A program made the position numbers and the translations under genes. From the IMG/VR virus record IMGVR_UViG_3300038360_000413: DNA of 64,000 nucleotides; one strand, 5' to 3'. Position 1 is the first letter of the stretch. Every line of letters starts with the position of its first letter. Shown here piece by piece: positions 1 to 9,796 of this stretch. The notes under the pieces are model-generated. The model was given only the letters and a program-made list of their open reading frames with translations, searched no databases and had not been told where the DNA came from. This stretch comes from a virus (lineage: Duplodnaviria; Heunggongvirae; Uroviricota; Caudoviricetes).

Positions 1-7
1 AACTAAA

Positions 8-364
8 ATGAGCAACACAGAACAGATTCCAAAAACAATGACAGACTTTAACAGGTTGGAAGTAATCAATCACTGTACTGGCGATCCGCCTGGCAGAGAG
101 TATGTTCTTTGGACAAAGAAGAAGTTTGTAATAACTACAGACATTCAAGATGACGGCCGCACCTTAAAACTGTTTATTACGGGACCTGAACCCGAACATA
201 CTAAAAATACTGAAGAAAACAGAGAGCGTTTAGCACAAAAGGCTTATGATCATATGGACGAGGGTAGTATCCGTGGTGAAGTAGTGGATCGTATTGAGAA
301 GGATTACAAAGAAAATGATGATATATTTGAAAGCGATTGGGCTGACTTAATAGGAGACGAATAG
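8..364 (+). CDS. hypothetical protein (acidic)
   Basis: 118-aa ORF ending in TAG; next ORF starts at the adjacent ATG in the same frame. Confidence 0.45.
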   Translation: MSNTEQIPKTMTDFNRLEVINHCTGDPPGREYVLWTKKKFVITTDIQDDGRTLKLFITGPEPEHTKNTEENRERLAQKAYDHMDEGSIRGEVVDRIEKDYKENDDIFESDWADLIGDE

Positions 365-628
365 ATGGCACAATCAGAATTAACAGGGTTTGAGTTGATC
401 GACAGTTTAGCTCCTGGAACGGCTTTTAAAATCGAAACACCAGGAGATCGAAGAGAGTCTTTTCTATACTGCAAAGCAGGAAAGAATACAGTATACGATT
501 TGACTCATACTCTTAGGGGGATTCCAGAGTCTTGGTATGACCTCACAGATGGAAGCTTAACAGTGAAAGCATACTTCGGAAAAGTAACTACAGAAACTCT
601 TAAAATCATAACCAACTTACCACTATGA
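365..628 (+). CDS. hypothetical protein
   Basis: 87-aa ORF, TGA stop overlapping next start (ATGA). Confidence 0.4.
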   Translation: MAQSELTGFELIDSLAPGTAFKIETPGDRRESFLYCKAGKNTVYDLTHTLRGIPESWYDLTDGSLTVKAYFGKVTTETLKIITNLPL

Positions 629-864
629 CAAAAATGGTTCGATACGAGGGACGCGATAAGTACAAAACTTGGGACATTATGTTAGATATAGATCTTATGT
701 ATAGCCCAAGCGCAGCTTTTATGTACAGACAAATAGAGTCTCAACTTGAACGACAGTTTGGTATGAAACCAAATTATGAGACAGTTATGAATTCTAAAAA
801 AATGCCCTTCTTTTTCATAACTGAAGCACAAGTAAAAGAGGGCGTAAAAAAAGGAAAACTTTAA
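625..864 (+). CDS. hypothetical protein
   Basis: 79-aa ORF, tight packing with neighbours. Confidence 0.4.
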   Translation: MTKMVRYEGRDKYKTWDIMLDIDLMYSPSAAFMYRQIESQLERQFGMKPNYETVMNSKKMPFFFITEAQVKEGVKKGKL

Positions 865-876
865 GAAAGGAGCACT

Positions 877-1095
877 ATGCACGGCTTTTTCATATTTTTA
901 ATCATAGTAGGAATCATGTTTTTATTAGCATATTATATCATTATTTTAGCTAAAACATTTACAAATGATTCGTATTCAGATTCTCTTAACGACATTGTAA
1001 ACACAAAAGAAGAATTTGTTAAATGCTACTTATACCCAGGATACTTTTGGTACCTGTGTTTTAAGAGAACATATGATGATGACTACGAAGATTAA
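877..1095 (+). CDS. small membrane protein (one hydrophobic helix)
   Basis: 72-aa ORF with N-terminal hydrophobic segment. Confidence 0.35.
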   Translation: MHGFFIFLIIVGIMFLLAYYIIILAKTFTNDSYSDSLNDIVNTKEEFVKCYLYPGYFWYLCFKRTYDDDYED

Positions 1096-2143
1096 TGTAG
1101 TATTATTGTTGGACATGGTACATAAGAAATATATAAATGTACAAAAACATCCAACAGCGGATTTGTGGCTATATAATTATAGTAAATCAGCACAGTATGA
1201 AGGTATCTGGAATGAATGTACTAGAATAGCCAGAGGATTGATATTAGATAAAGATTATAATACCGTATCTAGACCTTTCCCTAAATTTTTTAATATGGAA
1301 GAGCATACGGCAGAAGAAATACCGAATTTGTCCTACACCATATTAGAAAAGTTAGATGGCTCTCTAGGCATCATGTACTGGATCGGAAATACCCCATTTA
1401 TAGCCACAAGGGGTAGTTTTAATTCTGAACAAGCTATGCATGCAACTAGACTTCTACATACAAGACACCGACATCTATGGAAAACCTTCAACAGAGAAAC
1501 AACATATCTTTTTGAAATAATTTATCCAGAAAATAGAATTGTCATAACGTACGAAGGTAAAGACGATATAGTGTTGTTAGCTAAGGTACACAACGAAACT
1601 GGGGACTTTAAAAGTATTTGGGGACAAGGATTTGACCACGCTAAAGAGTATAAATATACAGACTTCCAAACTTTAAAGAATCAAAACTTTAGTAACAAAG
1701 AAGGATATGTTATACGATTTTCTAACAACTTCATGATGAAGATCAAATTTGAGGAATATGTTAGATTGCACAGAATATTAACTGGAGTTACTAGTAGGCT
1801 CATTTGGGAATATTTACGAGATGGCACTGAGTTCAATGAAATCCTAAATAACGTACCAGATGAATTCTATGATTGGGTTAAACTTACTAAAAAAGGCCTT
1901 ACCGATAGGTTTAAAGAAATTAAAGGAAAGGTATATGAAATATTTGATGAGGCTCCAATATATGCCACTAGAAAAGAAATTGCAGAGTGGGCCAAGACTA
2001 AGAAAGGATATACATTTTATTTATTTAAACTGTTGGATTTAGAAAGTCTAGATCCTTTAATATGGAAAAACTTAAAACCAAAACACGAAACACCATTCAT
2101 GGAGGAACATGAAATTAACAATACTACAGGGACTTCCGGCTAG
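1067..2143 (+). CDS. rnlA: RNA ligase 1 (T4 RnlA-like, tRNA repair)
   Basis: Motif I KLDGSL nucleotidyltransferase lysine; YNYSKS...ECRG-like N-terminus collinear with T4 Rnl1; probable start at ATGATGATG about 1067. Confidence 0.8.
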   Translation, partial: EHMMMTTKINVVLLLDMVHKKYINVQKHPTADLWLYNYSKSAQYEGIWNECTRIARGLILDKDYNTVSRPFPKFFNMEEHTAEEIPNLSYTILEKLDGSLGIMYWIGNTPFIATRGSFNSEQAMHATRLLHTRHRHLWKTFNRETTYLFEIIYPENRIVITYEGKDDIVLLAKVHNETGDFKSIWGQGFDHAKEYKYTDFQTLKNQNFSNKEGYVIRFSNNFMMKIKFEEYVRLHRILTGVTSRLIWEYLRDGTEFNEILNNVPDEFYDWVKLTKKGLTDRFKEIKGKVYEIFDEAPIYATRKEIAEWAKTKKGYTFYLFKLLDLESLDPLIWKNLKPKHETPFMEEHEINNTTGTSG

Positions 2144-2972
2144 TGGTAAATCTACTTGGGCAGAGGAGTTCTGTAAGAAAAACAAAAACTACATTCGCGT
2201 AAGCAGGGATGCACTTAGAAATATGCGAGGAGTATATTGGATACCTAAACAAGAAGATCTTATTACTGAATGGGAAAATACTTGTGTACTTAGCGCTTTC
2301 TCACAAGGATTCAGTGTTATACTTGATGCAACTAATTTAGATGTTAATGTAAACAAAGCAAAAATAGCTCTTTATAGAGAAGCTTTAATCGCTAAAGGTA
2401 TTACAGAAGAACTTAAAGTTAGTTATAAAAAATTCCTTGATATATCTCCAGAAGAATGTGTTAGACGCGATCTTCTTCGGAAAAACTCTGCAGGAGAAAA
2501 AGTAATATGGAGTTTCTATAACAGATACTTAGCACCTCTACCTGTAATATATGACGAGGACCCATCATTACCCCATTGTGTGATATTTGACGTAGACGGA
2601 ACATTAGCCCTTAGAGGCGACAGAGGTTCTTTTGATTTCTCGAAAGTCAAAGACGATCTTCCAAATAAACCAGTCATACAAATAGCACAAGCACTGACAG
2701 TGCCAATCATAATATTTACAGGCAGAGATGATATTTGTGAAATAGATACAAAAGATTGGTTACATGGACAAAAAGTGCCGTTCATAGACATGTTTATACG
2801 TGAAACGGTAAACAACGAAAAAGATTCCATAGTTAAGAAACGTATGTTTGAAGAAAACATTCGTGGTAAATACTATGTGGACTTTGTAGTAGATGACCGA
2901 CAACAAGTTGTAGACATGTGGCGCAAAGAACTAGGCCTTACATGTATACAAGTAAATTATGGAGACTTTTAA
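2109..2972 (+). CDS. pseT: polynucleotide 5'-kinase/3'-phosphatase (T4 PseT-like)
   Basis: P-loop GLPASGKSTWA at N-terminus; HAD phosphatase motif VIFDVDGTLA; C-terminal VVDDRQQVVDMW...GDF collinear with T4 Pnk. Confidence 0.9.
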   Translation: MKLTILQGLPASGKSTWAEEFCKKNKNYIRVSRDALRNMRGVYWIPKQEDLITEWENTCVLSAFSQGFSVILDATNLDVNVNKAKIALYREALIAKGITEELKVSYKKFLDISPEECVRRDLLRKNSAGEKVIWSFYNRYLAPLPVIYDEDPSLPHCVIFDVDGTLALRGDRGSFDFSKVKDDLPNKPVIQIAQALTVPIIIFTGRDDICEIDTKDWLHGQKVPFIDMFIRETVNNEKDSIVKKRMFEENIRGKYYVDFVVDDRQQVVDMWRKELGLTCIQVNYGDF

Positions 2973-3753
2973 AGAAAGGAATCAAATGATAAAAAAGAAT
3001 GAACGAAACAAAATAATAAGGTTCATCGAAGAGACTGTAAAAAATGCAGGTAAAACTGGAGTTGTGCTTGGACTGTCAGGCGGAATAGATTCTGCTTTGG
3101 TAGCTTGTTTAAGTGCAGAAGCCTTAGGAACGAATAACGTATTTGCAATATCTATGCCTATGGGTAGGTATCAAACACATGAACTTGCTATAAAACAAGC
3201 TAACCTTTTAGAAATGCATATTTGGAACGCAGAGCTTGATGAGGCATTAAATGTATTATGTGAAACTTTCAATAATTCACAGGACAATCTTCGTGTGGGA
3301 AATATAAAAGCGCGTTTAAGAATGATTACTTTGTATGATTATGCCGCACACGGCAATTGTTTAGTAATCGGTACAGAAAACTTGACAGAACACCTATTAG
3401 GTTATTGCACCAAATGGGGAGATCAGGCTTCTGATTTTGAACCAGTCATTAATTTCTTAAAAACAGAAATTTATCAATTGGCTCAACATTATCTTGATAG
3501 TGGTCAACTTTTAGATGAAATCTACCGCAGAGCTCCTTCAGCAGATCTTTGGGAAGGACAAACAGATGAAACCGAACTTGGACTTACTTATGAGGAAATT
3601 GATGCTTATCTACGACACAAACAGCTACTACTCGACGTGCCGGAATTGGCTGGGCAGGTGTACAACCATCCAGATGTAAAACGAAAAGTCGAAGCGCAAA
3701 TTGCGAGTACTCAGCATAAACACAATACTCCGTCTTTTATTAGGACGGACTAA
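2959..3753 (+). CDS. nadE: NH3-dependent NAD+ synthetase
   Basis: PP-loop SGGIDS motif (VVLGLSGGIDSALVA), about 264 aa typical NadE length. Confidence 0.8.
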   Translation: METFKERNQMIKKNERNKIIRFIEETVKNAGKTGVVLGLSGGIDSALVACLSAEALGTNNVFAISMPMGRYQTHELAIKQANLLEMHIWNAELDEALNVLCETFNNSQDNLRVGNIKARLRMITLYDYAAHGNCLVIGTENLTEHLLGYCTKWGDQASDFEPVINFLKTEIYQLAQHYLDSGQLLDEIYRRAPSADLWEGQTDETELGLTYEEIDAYLRHKQLLLDVPELAGQVYNHPDVKRKVEAQIASTQHKHNTPSFIRTD

Positions 3754-3770
3754 TAACCAAAAACAACAGA

Positions 3771-4508
3771 ATGAGACAAAAGAACGAACATTGGACATTG
3801 GCGGATATCGGGGAAGACAACGACTCAGACCTTGGGAACGATCTAACCCGGTGTCCGCATTGTACAACAAACACATTAGTAGATACAGTAGAAGCGGAGG
3901 AAACTGCAGGACACTTTCAGGTTGAATGTTCTAAATGTAAAATGAGAGGACCAATAGCAGCTAACAAAAGACTTGCATTATCCTTTTGGAAACATTTCAT
4001 TCCATCCTGGCAACCTCTGAAGTATTATGAAAATAATGCCAAAGAATATGGACTTTTTTTAGTTAAAACTCCGACAAGTATGCCAGAATGTCAGTATGTC
4101 CTTGATATTTGGACTTGGACGCAAGCTAGAGAATGGATTTCATTAACAAGTGTTATGTTGGGGTTTATTAATGAATCCCACTTTCCAATACTACCGGGAA
4201 TATATGTAGACCCCCAGCTCACGAGGTTATTACCTATTAAAAATATCAGTGATGAACTTTTGGGCAGATTGCCTTTTAATTTAAATGAATTAGGAGATCG
4301 TAGACGACAAGCGGTTATGTCATCAAATAGGCAAAGAGATGCGTCTGCGGCGGAACAGTATATATACAAAACCGAAAGATTAGGTATTATGTTCGCTACC
4401 GACTATTACCAACTACGTGAGATAATGAAAGCCGCACAAGAAACACGATATAGAGAGCAGAGAGGCTCACTAGGTCATAAATTTAAAGGAGGAACATGGC
4501 AACTATAA
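3771..4508 (+). CDS. protein with N-terminal Lar-like zinc ribbon (CPHC...CSKC)
   Basis: CxxC...CxxC ribbon resembling the Lar/restriction-alleviation family; remainder unknown. Confidence 0.4.
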   Translation: MRQKNEHWTLADIGEDNDSDLGNDLTRCPHCTTNTLVDTVEAEETAGHFQVECSKCKMRGPIAANKRLALSFWKHFIPSWQPLKYYENNAKEYGLFLVKTPTSMPECQYVLDIWTWTQAREWISLTSVMLGFINESHFPILPGIYVDPQLTRLLPIKNISDELLGRLPFNLNELGDRRRQAVMSSNRQRDASAAEQYIYKTERLGIMFATDYYQLREIMKAAQETRYREQRGSLGHKFKGGTWQL

Positions 4509-5080
4509 AACAGAAACCCATGGAACACATAATGATAGACTTGGAGACACTAGGAATTTTACCTACCGCTCCAATCTTACAAATAGCAGCATGCTACTTT
4601 GATCCTGAAACAGGAAAAATAGGAAAATGCTTCGATCATGTACTTGATTGGCAAACAAATGGCTATGGAACAATAGAACGTGAAACAATTGCCTGGTGGC
4701 TTATTCAAAATAAGAGTGCTGGTGCCCCCCTAGTAAATAGAATTACAACACCTATTAAATGGATAGGTGCAGAATTAAATGAATTTGTAAAAATAGAAGG
4801 TTCGGCAAAATACATATGGTGTACAGCACCTTTGACCGATTTAGGTTGTATTAAAAACCTATACAATGCATACGACTGGAAACTACCTTGGAACCATCGA
4901 ATGTATAGAGACGCTAGAACTATGATTGATCTAGCACGACGCCTTGATTGTCCTAAGCCAAAAGTAAATGGAATCAAGCATACAGGAATGTATGATTGCA
5001 AATGGGCCGTTGCGGGAGTATCAGCTGCTTGGCAAAGAATATTTCCAGAAGGCACAGAGTACTTGGGGGAAACAACATAA
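4496..5080 (+). CDS. DEDDh 3'-5' exonuclease (DexA/DnaQ-like)
   Basis: N-terminal MIDLETLG Exo I motif; length about 190 aa. Confidence 0.6.
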   Translation: MATIKQKPMEHIMIDLETLGILPTAPILQIAACYFDPETGKIGKCFDHVLDWQTNGYGTIERETIAWWLIQNKSAGAPLVNRITTPIKWIGAELNEFVKIEGSAKYIWCTAPLTDLGCIKNLYNAYDWKLPWNHRMYRDARTMIDLARRLDCPKPKVNGIKHTGMYDCKWAVAGVSAAWQRIFPEGTEYLGETT

Positions 5081-5604
5081 TGTATATCTCAGTTGACGTA
5101 GAAGCGGATGGAAAATATGTAGGTGATTACTCCATGGTATGTTTTGGTGCTGTTGTGATACAACCGAAAGAAAAAAAGAAAACTTTCTTTGGACGAACAG
5201 CTCCAATTACAGACAACTTTATACCAGAAGCTCTGGCCATAAGCGGATATTCAAGAGAAGAACATTTGGCATTTCCAGAGCCGGAAAAAACTATGAAAAG
5301 TTTTGCAGATTGGGTGGCCAAGGTCTCACCAAAAAGAAGACCAACTTTTATAACAGATAATCCCGCCTTTGATTGGCAGTGGATTAATTATTATTTACAT
5401 AAATATACAGGAAGTAATATATTTGGATTCTCAGCGAGGAGAATAGGAGATTTATATTGTGGATTAGTACAGGATGCGCACGCACCTTGGAAACATCTAA
5501 GAGACACCCATCACACACATCATCCAGTTGATGACGCGATGGGCAACGCAGAGGTAGTGATTAAACTACAAGATATGGGATTGAATATCAACTTCAAAAA
5601 CTAA
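5080..5604 (+). CDS. DEDDh 3'-5' exonuclease paralog
   Basis: MYISVDVEADG Exo I motif and C-terminal H...D motif (HPVDDAM); start overlaps previous stop (TAATG). Confidence 0.6.
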   Translation: MYISVDVEADGKYVGDYSMVCFGAVVIQPKEKKKTFFGRTAPITDNFIPEALAISGYSREEHLAFPEPEKTMKSFADWVAKVSPKRRPTFITDNPAFDWQWINYYLHKYTGSNIFGFSARRIGDLYCGLVQDAHAPWKHLRDTHHTHHPVDDAMGNAEVVIKLQDMGLNINFKN

Positions 5605-5617
5605 GAAAGTACTAATT

Positions 5618-6118
5618 ATGAAACATTTATGTGAAGAATGCACAGATATAGCATTTACAACAAAAAAAGAAACCTTCTTTTCGACTTGTGACGTTTGTAA
5701 AGAAACGACTATGTGCCAAAGATTTAAACATATGCCTGAACTTCCCATTGTAAAAAAAGATATTCAGGTACCCGACACGAAGGAACTTATAAAAGACTAC
5801 GCACAGGCAGTAGAATCCCTGGCACTAGTTTTAAAAGAAGATAGAGTGGCACAAGGATTTTTGCTGGACATCTTAAGACTGCCTACACAGCTTTTACAAA
5901 GTTATAATGAACTATGGCTTCTGTTGGCAAATACATATGCTTTATTAAACAGTCCCAGGGATTTCGCACGTTCTGTAGGTCTTTGTACTGAAATACAAAC
6001 TAGATTTTTCCTAATGTTAAAAGACAAAGGACTTATTAATAAAGACGGCACAGTTAATGATGTGGCTTTATTAAAACTAATAACACCAGATAAACCAGAT
6101 ATGGACGATGACGAATAA
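5618..6118 (+). CDS. zinc-finger protein, unknown function
   Basis: N-terminal CxxC...CxxC cluster; 166 aa. Confidence 0.4.
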   Translation: MKHLCEECTDIAFTTKKETFFSTCDVCKETTMCQRFKHMPELPIVKKDIQVPDTKELIKDYAQAVESLALVLKEDRVAQGFLLDILRLPTQLLQSYNELWLLLANTYALLNSPRDFARSVGLCTEIQTRFFLMLKDKGLINKDGTVNDVALLKLITPDKPDMDDDE

Positions 6119-6320
6119 TGAAGAATTACGACAATATACAGTACTGGAATTAGCGGAACTTATGGCCTCCGCAAAAGTAGAAAAGGTACATGTTAATGAG
6201 TATGAAGATGAACTCTTTTTAGATACTCAAATTCACAGTATACAAAAAGAATTGCGTCGCAGAGCAACTGTTCCGCAAGTTAAGCTTAACCAACCAGATA
6301 TATGCAACAAGTTACAATAA
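6108..6320 (+). CDS. hypothetical protein
   Basis: 70-aa ORF. Confidence 0.35.
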   Translation: MTNNEELRQYTVLELAELMASAKVEKVHVNEYEDELFLDTQIHSIQKELRRRATVPQVKLNQPDICNKLQ

Positions 6321-6712
6321 AAAAGACAGCCCTTTTAGAAAAGTTAAAAGAGAATAGAAAAGAACATAAAAGCGATTATACTATTTCTTTAAAAGGTTAT
6401 AAAATAGAAGCAAAAAAGAAGTATGAAAAAGCATTAAGAAAGTTAGAGAAAAAGGGAAAAGTTACAGAACGTTTTAATTTAAACTGTCCTCAAGCATACT
6501 TAGCACAATATGACACAGCAATTGAAATGTTGGAAATGAGTGAAGAAACTGAATTTGAACTTACACGCAGTGAATTCAAACAATATGTGCAAAATAAATG
6601 GGCTTGGTCCGATCAATTTAATATGAGCAATAATGCTTATTATATGGCAGCAAACGGCAATGTTGGAATCGGTTCTGCAAGTCCAAAACATTCTTTATTA
6701 GTATCTAGTTAA
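6302..6712 (+). CDS. hypothetical protein with C-terminal GNVGIGSASP motif
   Basis: Motif shared with ORFs at 9797 and 60568. Confidence 0.4.
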   Translation: MQQVTIKKTALLEKLKENRKEHKSDYTISLKGYKIEAKKKYEKALRKLEKKGKVTERFNLNCPQAYLAQYDTAIEMLEMSEETEFELTRSEFKQYVQNKWAWSDQFNMSNNAYYMAANGNVGIGSASPKHSLLVSS

Positions 6713-6715
6713 TTA

Positions 6716-7222
6716 ATGAAGAATAAGAAACCTATTAGTTGGGAAGAACAAGTTGAGCTGAACGCAGACATTATAATTAAATGGCTCGACTCACATCCAG
6801 GCGGAACGTTTTATACGAACAGAGGTATTGGGAAATCTCGTGCATTGAGGAAAATCTTTGCACGAGGACCCTGGAACGAGATTTTTATAGTGTGTTTAAA
6901 CAGTGACATGACGGCGGTCCAACAAAGACTAATACACAGCGAATATTCATCAATTCCTCAAAACGTACTAAAATCTAATATTATAGCTTATACAGAATCA
7001 GAGTCAAGGTATAGAGGAGTAGAAAACCTTGCTATATATTTTTCTGATATAAAACCCAGCAGATTTTTGGAACAAAACTTGAGAAACAATATAGCAGGGT
7101 GTATATTAACAGATAATTGCTATGTAACTGTAAAGCAACTACAATCCCCGCATTCTCCGGAACAACAACTACGCCACGCAATGGCTACACAGCATCCGTG
7201 GGAACACGATGTAGAACTTTAA
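6716..7222 (+). CDS. hypothetical protein
   Basis: 168-aa ORF. Confidence 0.4.
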   Translation: MKNKKPISWEEQVELNADIIIKWLDSHPGGTFYTNRGIGKSRALRKIFARGPWNEIFIVCLNSDMTAVQQRLIHSEYSSIPQNVLKSNIIAYTESESRYRGVENLAIYFSDIKPSRFLEQNLRNNIAGCILTDNCYVTVKQLQSPHSPEQQLRHAMATQHPWEHDVEL

Positions 7223-7226
7223 AATT

Positions 7227-7239
7227 TTGGTATAAGAAT
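7227..7239 (+). promoter_or_regulatory. conserved promoter-like motif TTGGTATAAGAAT (extended -10 like)
   Basis: Identical 13-mer also at 55975 and 62557, each in an intergenic region. Confidence 0.4.
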
Positions 7240-7298
7240 AGAGAGATTAAAGAACAATCTCTAAATGAATAAACAAGGCAAAAAAAGAGAGGCTCAAT

Positions 7299-7496
7299 AT
7301 GATTAAGACGGAAAACGTATCTCAGATAGTAAAAGCTTGCGGACCTACTTGCAAGGCTGTACTAAAAGATATGCAAAATAAAAAATTCAACGAAGCTGAA
7401 GAGTTAGTAGGGGATGTAACATTGCCAAATGGACAAAAAGCTAGTGTTTATATAAATATAAGCATTACAGAAACAGGAAAAGGAGTCAAAACATAA
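7299..7496 (+). CDS. hypothetical protein
   Basis: 65-aa ORF. Confidence 0.35.
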   Translation: MIKTENVSQIVKACGPTCKAVLKDMQNKKFNEAEELVGDVTLPNGQKASVYINISITETGKGVKT

Positions 7497-7709
7497 ATGG
7501 GAATATGGTTTATAAGAATATTAGGTATTCTTATTTTCCTATTTTGTGCATGGTTAGTACTAAAACCAAAACGCACCAAAGAGGAAAAAGAAGCACGAAA
7601 ACTTGAAAAAGAACTTCGTACGGCTAGACGAAAGAAATTTAGCCTGGAAGTTATTTCAGAACTAGAAAGTAAACTAGAGTCAATCAAGAAAACAACAATA
7701 AAAAGATAA
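7497..7709 (+). CDS. small membrane protein
   Basis: N-terminal TM helix then charged coiled segment. Confidence 0.4.
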   Translation: MGIWFIRILGILIFLFCAWLVLKPKRTKEEKEARKLEKELRTARRKKFSLEVISELESKLESIKKTTIKR

Positions 7710-7719
7710 AGGATGCTAA

Positions 7720-8679
7720 ATGTATAGCAATCAACCAGAAACACCGTTACAGTTTTTAATACAGTATAAGAAGACAATTCTAATTGTTATATTCGCATTA
7801 TTTGCACTAACGGTAGTGTTAGATGGTACGTATACTGTCGATACGCAAGAACAAGCCGTAGTTACCAGATTTGGTAAGTATCTCACTACTACCGACCCAG
7901 GGCTGCATTTCAAAATACCGTTTGTAGATGATACATATCTGATAAAGGTAGAAAAGCAGTACACACAAGAGTTTGGATTTCGTAAAAACAATCTCCGACG
8001 CAGTGAAGGTCCTAAAAACAATATTCCAAAAGAATCATGGATGCTTACAGGTGATTTAAGTATAGCTGAAGTAAGATGGGTTATTCAATACCGAATCACT
8101 GATCCAGCTGCCTATTTGTTTAATTTTAGGCGACCAGAAGAGTTTATGCGGGATCTTTCAGAAATGGATATGAGAACTTTGGTGGGAGATAGATCCTTCC
8201 ACGAGGCAACTCAGAGAGATCGAGCTGCAATGAGTGTTGAAGCTACTAACAACATGTATAAGTACATGACTAAGTACAATATGGGATTGGAAGTAAACAA
8301 TGTACAAATACATGAATCCTTACCTCCTCAACCTGTTATGGCCTCCTACAATGATGTAAATGTTGCCAAACAAGAGCAAGAGACACTTATCAACGAAGCC
8401 AGACAGCAGTATAATAAAATTATCCTAGAAGTAAAGGGACAAGCAAAGGCTAAGATAAATGATGCAAAAGGTTATGCTGCTCAAAGGGTAAACAATGCAA
8501 AGGGTGACGTAGCTGCATTTATGAAACTAGAAGCGGAGTATTTAAAAGCTCCAGAAATAACAAAGCAACGACTATACTTAGAGGCCATGGATAATATACT
8601 CGCTGGCGCTGTAATAAAGGTTGTTGATGAAGATCTTCAAAGTATTTTACCACACCTAAGTTTAGATGGAGGAAGATAA
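7720..8679 (+). CDS. hflK: SPFH/band-7 protein, HflK-like
   Basis: N-terminal TM, then TQEQAVVTRFGKY...GLHFKIPF band-7 core and C-terminal coiled coil. Confidence 0.7.
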   Translation: MYSNQPETPLQFLIQYKKTILIVIFALFALTVVLDGTYTVDTQEQAVVTRFGKYLTTTDPGLHFKIPFVDDTYLIKVEKQYTQEFGFRKNNLRRSEGPKNNIPKESWMLTGDLSIAEVRWVIQYRITDPAAYLFNFRRPEEFMRDLSEMDMRTLVGDRSFHEATQRDRAAMSVEATNNMYKYMTKYNMGLEVNNVQIHESLPPQPVMASYNDVNVAKQEQETLINEARQQYNKIILEVKGQAKAKINDAKGYAAQRVNNAKGDVAAFMKLEAEYLKAPEITKQRLYLEAMDNILAGAVIKVVDEDLQSILPHLSLDGGR

Positions 8680-9616
8680 AATGTTAAAGAAAATCATTAT
8701 TACAATTATCGGATTTCTTGCCCTTACTGTCGCGTATACCGGAGCATTCACAGTGCTGGAAACGGAACAAGGTGTTATATTACAGTTTGGTAAGGTTATC
8801 AGACAAGTAGATACTGCAGGATTTCATTGGAAATTGCCTTTCATACAAAGCTTTGAAGTAATGGAAAAAAGAAAGCTTGAGTGGGACGGACCACCAACAC
8901 AAATCCCAACTGCAGACAATAAAGTGATATTAGTAGATACCTTTGCAAGATATAAGATCACAAATCCAAAAAGATACTACAAAGCACTTAGAACCGAGCA
9001 ACGAACATTGGCAAAACTAAGTGAAGTTATCAAAGGAGCGAATATTAATGTGGTATCTTCCAGATCATTGGGAGAAGTGGTGAGAAACTCCGACAGACAG
9101 ATGCTGTTGAATTCAGAGGAAACCGAAGACGCAACTATGATGGATTCCAAAGGAACGGTTCAAGCTAAAGGAGCACGTGGTGTAATTCGTGACGAGATAT
9201 TTGAAAAAGTCAACACGATGTTAACAACTCTTGATCTTGGTATAGAACTTGTCAATCTGGAAATTAAAAGAACCTCGTATGTAGCGTCACTGCAGCCTAG
9301 TGTTTTCAAAAGGATGATTTCTGAACAGAATCGAATTGCTGAGAAATATCGTGCTGAAGGCCAGGGACAAAATACCGCTATTCGAAGTCTTATTGACAGA
9401 GATGAGAAAGAAATATTGTCTGAAGCATACAAAAACGCAAAAGACATCACAGGAGCGGCAAACGCAAGTGCAACAAAAATCTATGCCGAATCCTACGAAC
9501 AAAATCCAGATTTTTATGCTTTCTTAAAGTCATTAGAGCTTTATGAAAACACGCTTTCTGGACAGGAATTTATTTTATCAACGAAACATTCGTTTCTGCG
9601 ATATTTAGATAACTAA
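8666..9616 (+). CDS. hflC: SPFH/band-7 protein, HflC-like
   Basis: TM then ETEQGVILQFGKV...GFHWKLPFIQ core; paired with the upstream HflK-like gene. Confidence 0.7.
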   Translation: MEEDKMLKKIIITIIGFLALTVAYTGAFTVLETEQGVILQFGKVIRQVDTAGFHWKLPFIQSFEVMEKRKLEWDGPPTQIPTADNKVILVDTFARYKITNPKRYYKALRTEQRTLAKLSEVIKGANINVVSSRSLGEVVRNSDRQMLLNSEETEDATMMDSKGTVQAKGARGVIRDEIFEKVNTMLTTLDLGIELVNLEIKRTSYVASLQPSVFKRMISEQNRIAEKYRAEGQGQNTAIRSLIDRDEKEILSEAYKNAKDITGAANASATKIYAESYEQNPDFYAFLKSLELYENTLSGQEFILSTKHSFLRYLDN

Positions 9617-9636
9617 CGAAAAGTACGAAAGAATTA

Positions 9637-9661
9637 TAGGTACCTTGCATTGCGCAAGGTG
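9637..9661 (+). terminator. rho-independent terminator-like hairpin
   Basis: GGTACCTTGC-ATTGC-GCAAGGTGCC stem-loop followed by T-rich run; a TTGACT-17-TATATT promoter-like element follows. Confidence 0.5.
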
Positions 9662-9796
9662 CCTATTGACTTTTGATACATATATTTATATATTAAAAAT
9701 AAGCTCATTGTCATGCTAAGTGTTAAAGAACATTTGAGTACGTGTCTGTTAAGGCATACGAATTAGTAAGGCAATAATAACAAACGGAGTTTAATC

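Noticed and set aside
8-628. Readthrough fusion of ORF 8-364 (TAG) with the in-frame ORF at 365
   Set aside because: An ATG immediately follows the stop. In-frame neighbours occur for two of nine TAG-terminated genes, no more than expected by chance. Noted under the suppressor-tRNA finding but not called as a fusion.
2516-5321. Minus-strand ORFs 2516-2860, 3628-3876, 4091-4369, 4705-5055, 5021-5206, 5127-5321 and similar antisense ORFs elsewhere
   Set aside because: They are fully embedded antisense to well-supported + strand enzymes (Pnk, NadE, exonucleases) and lack start context.
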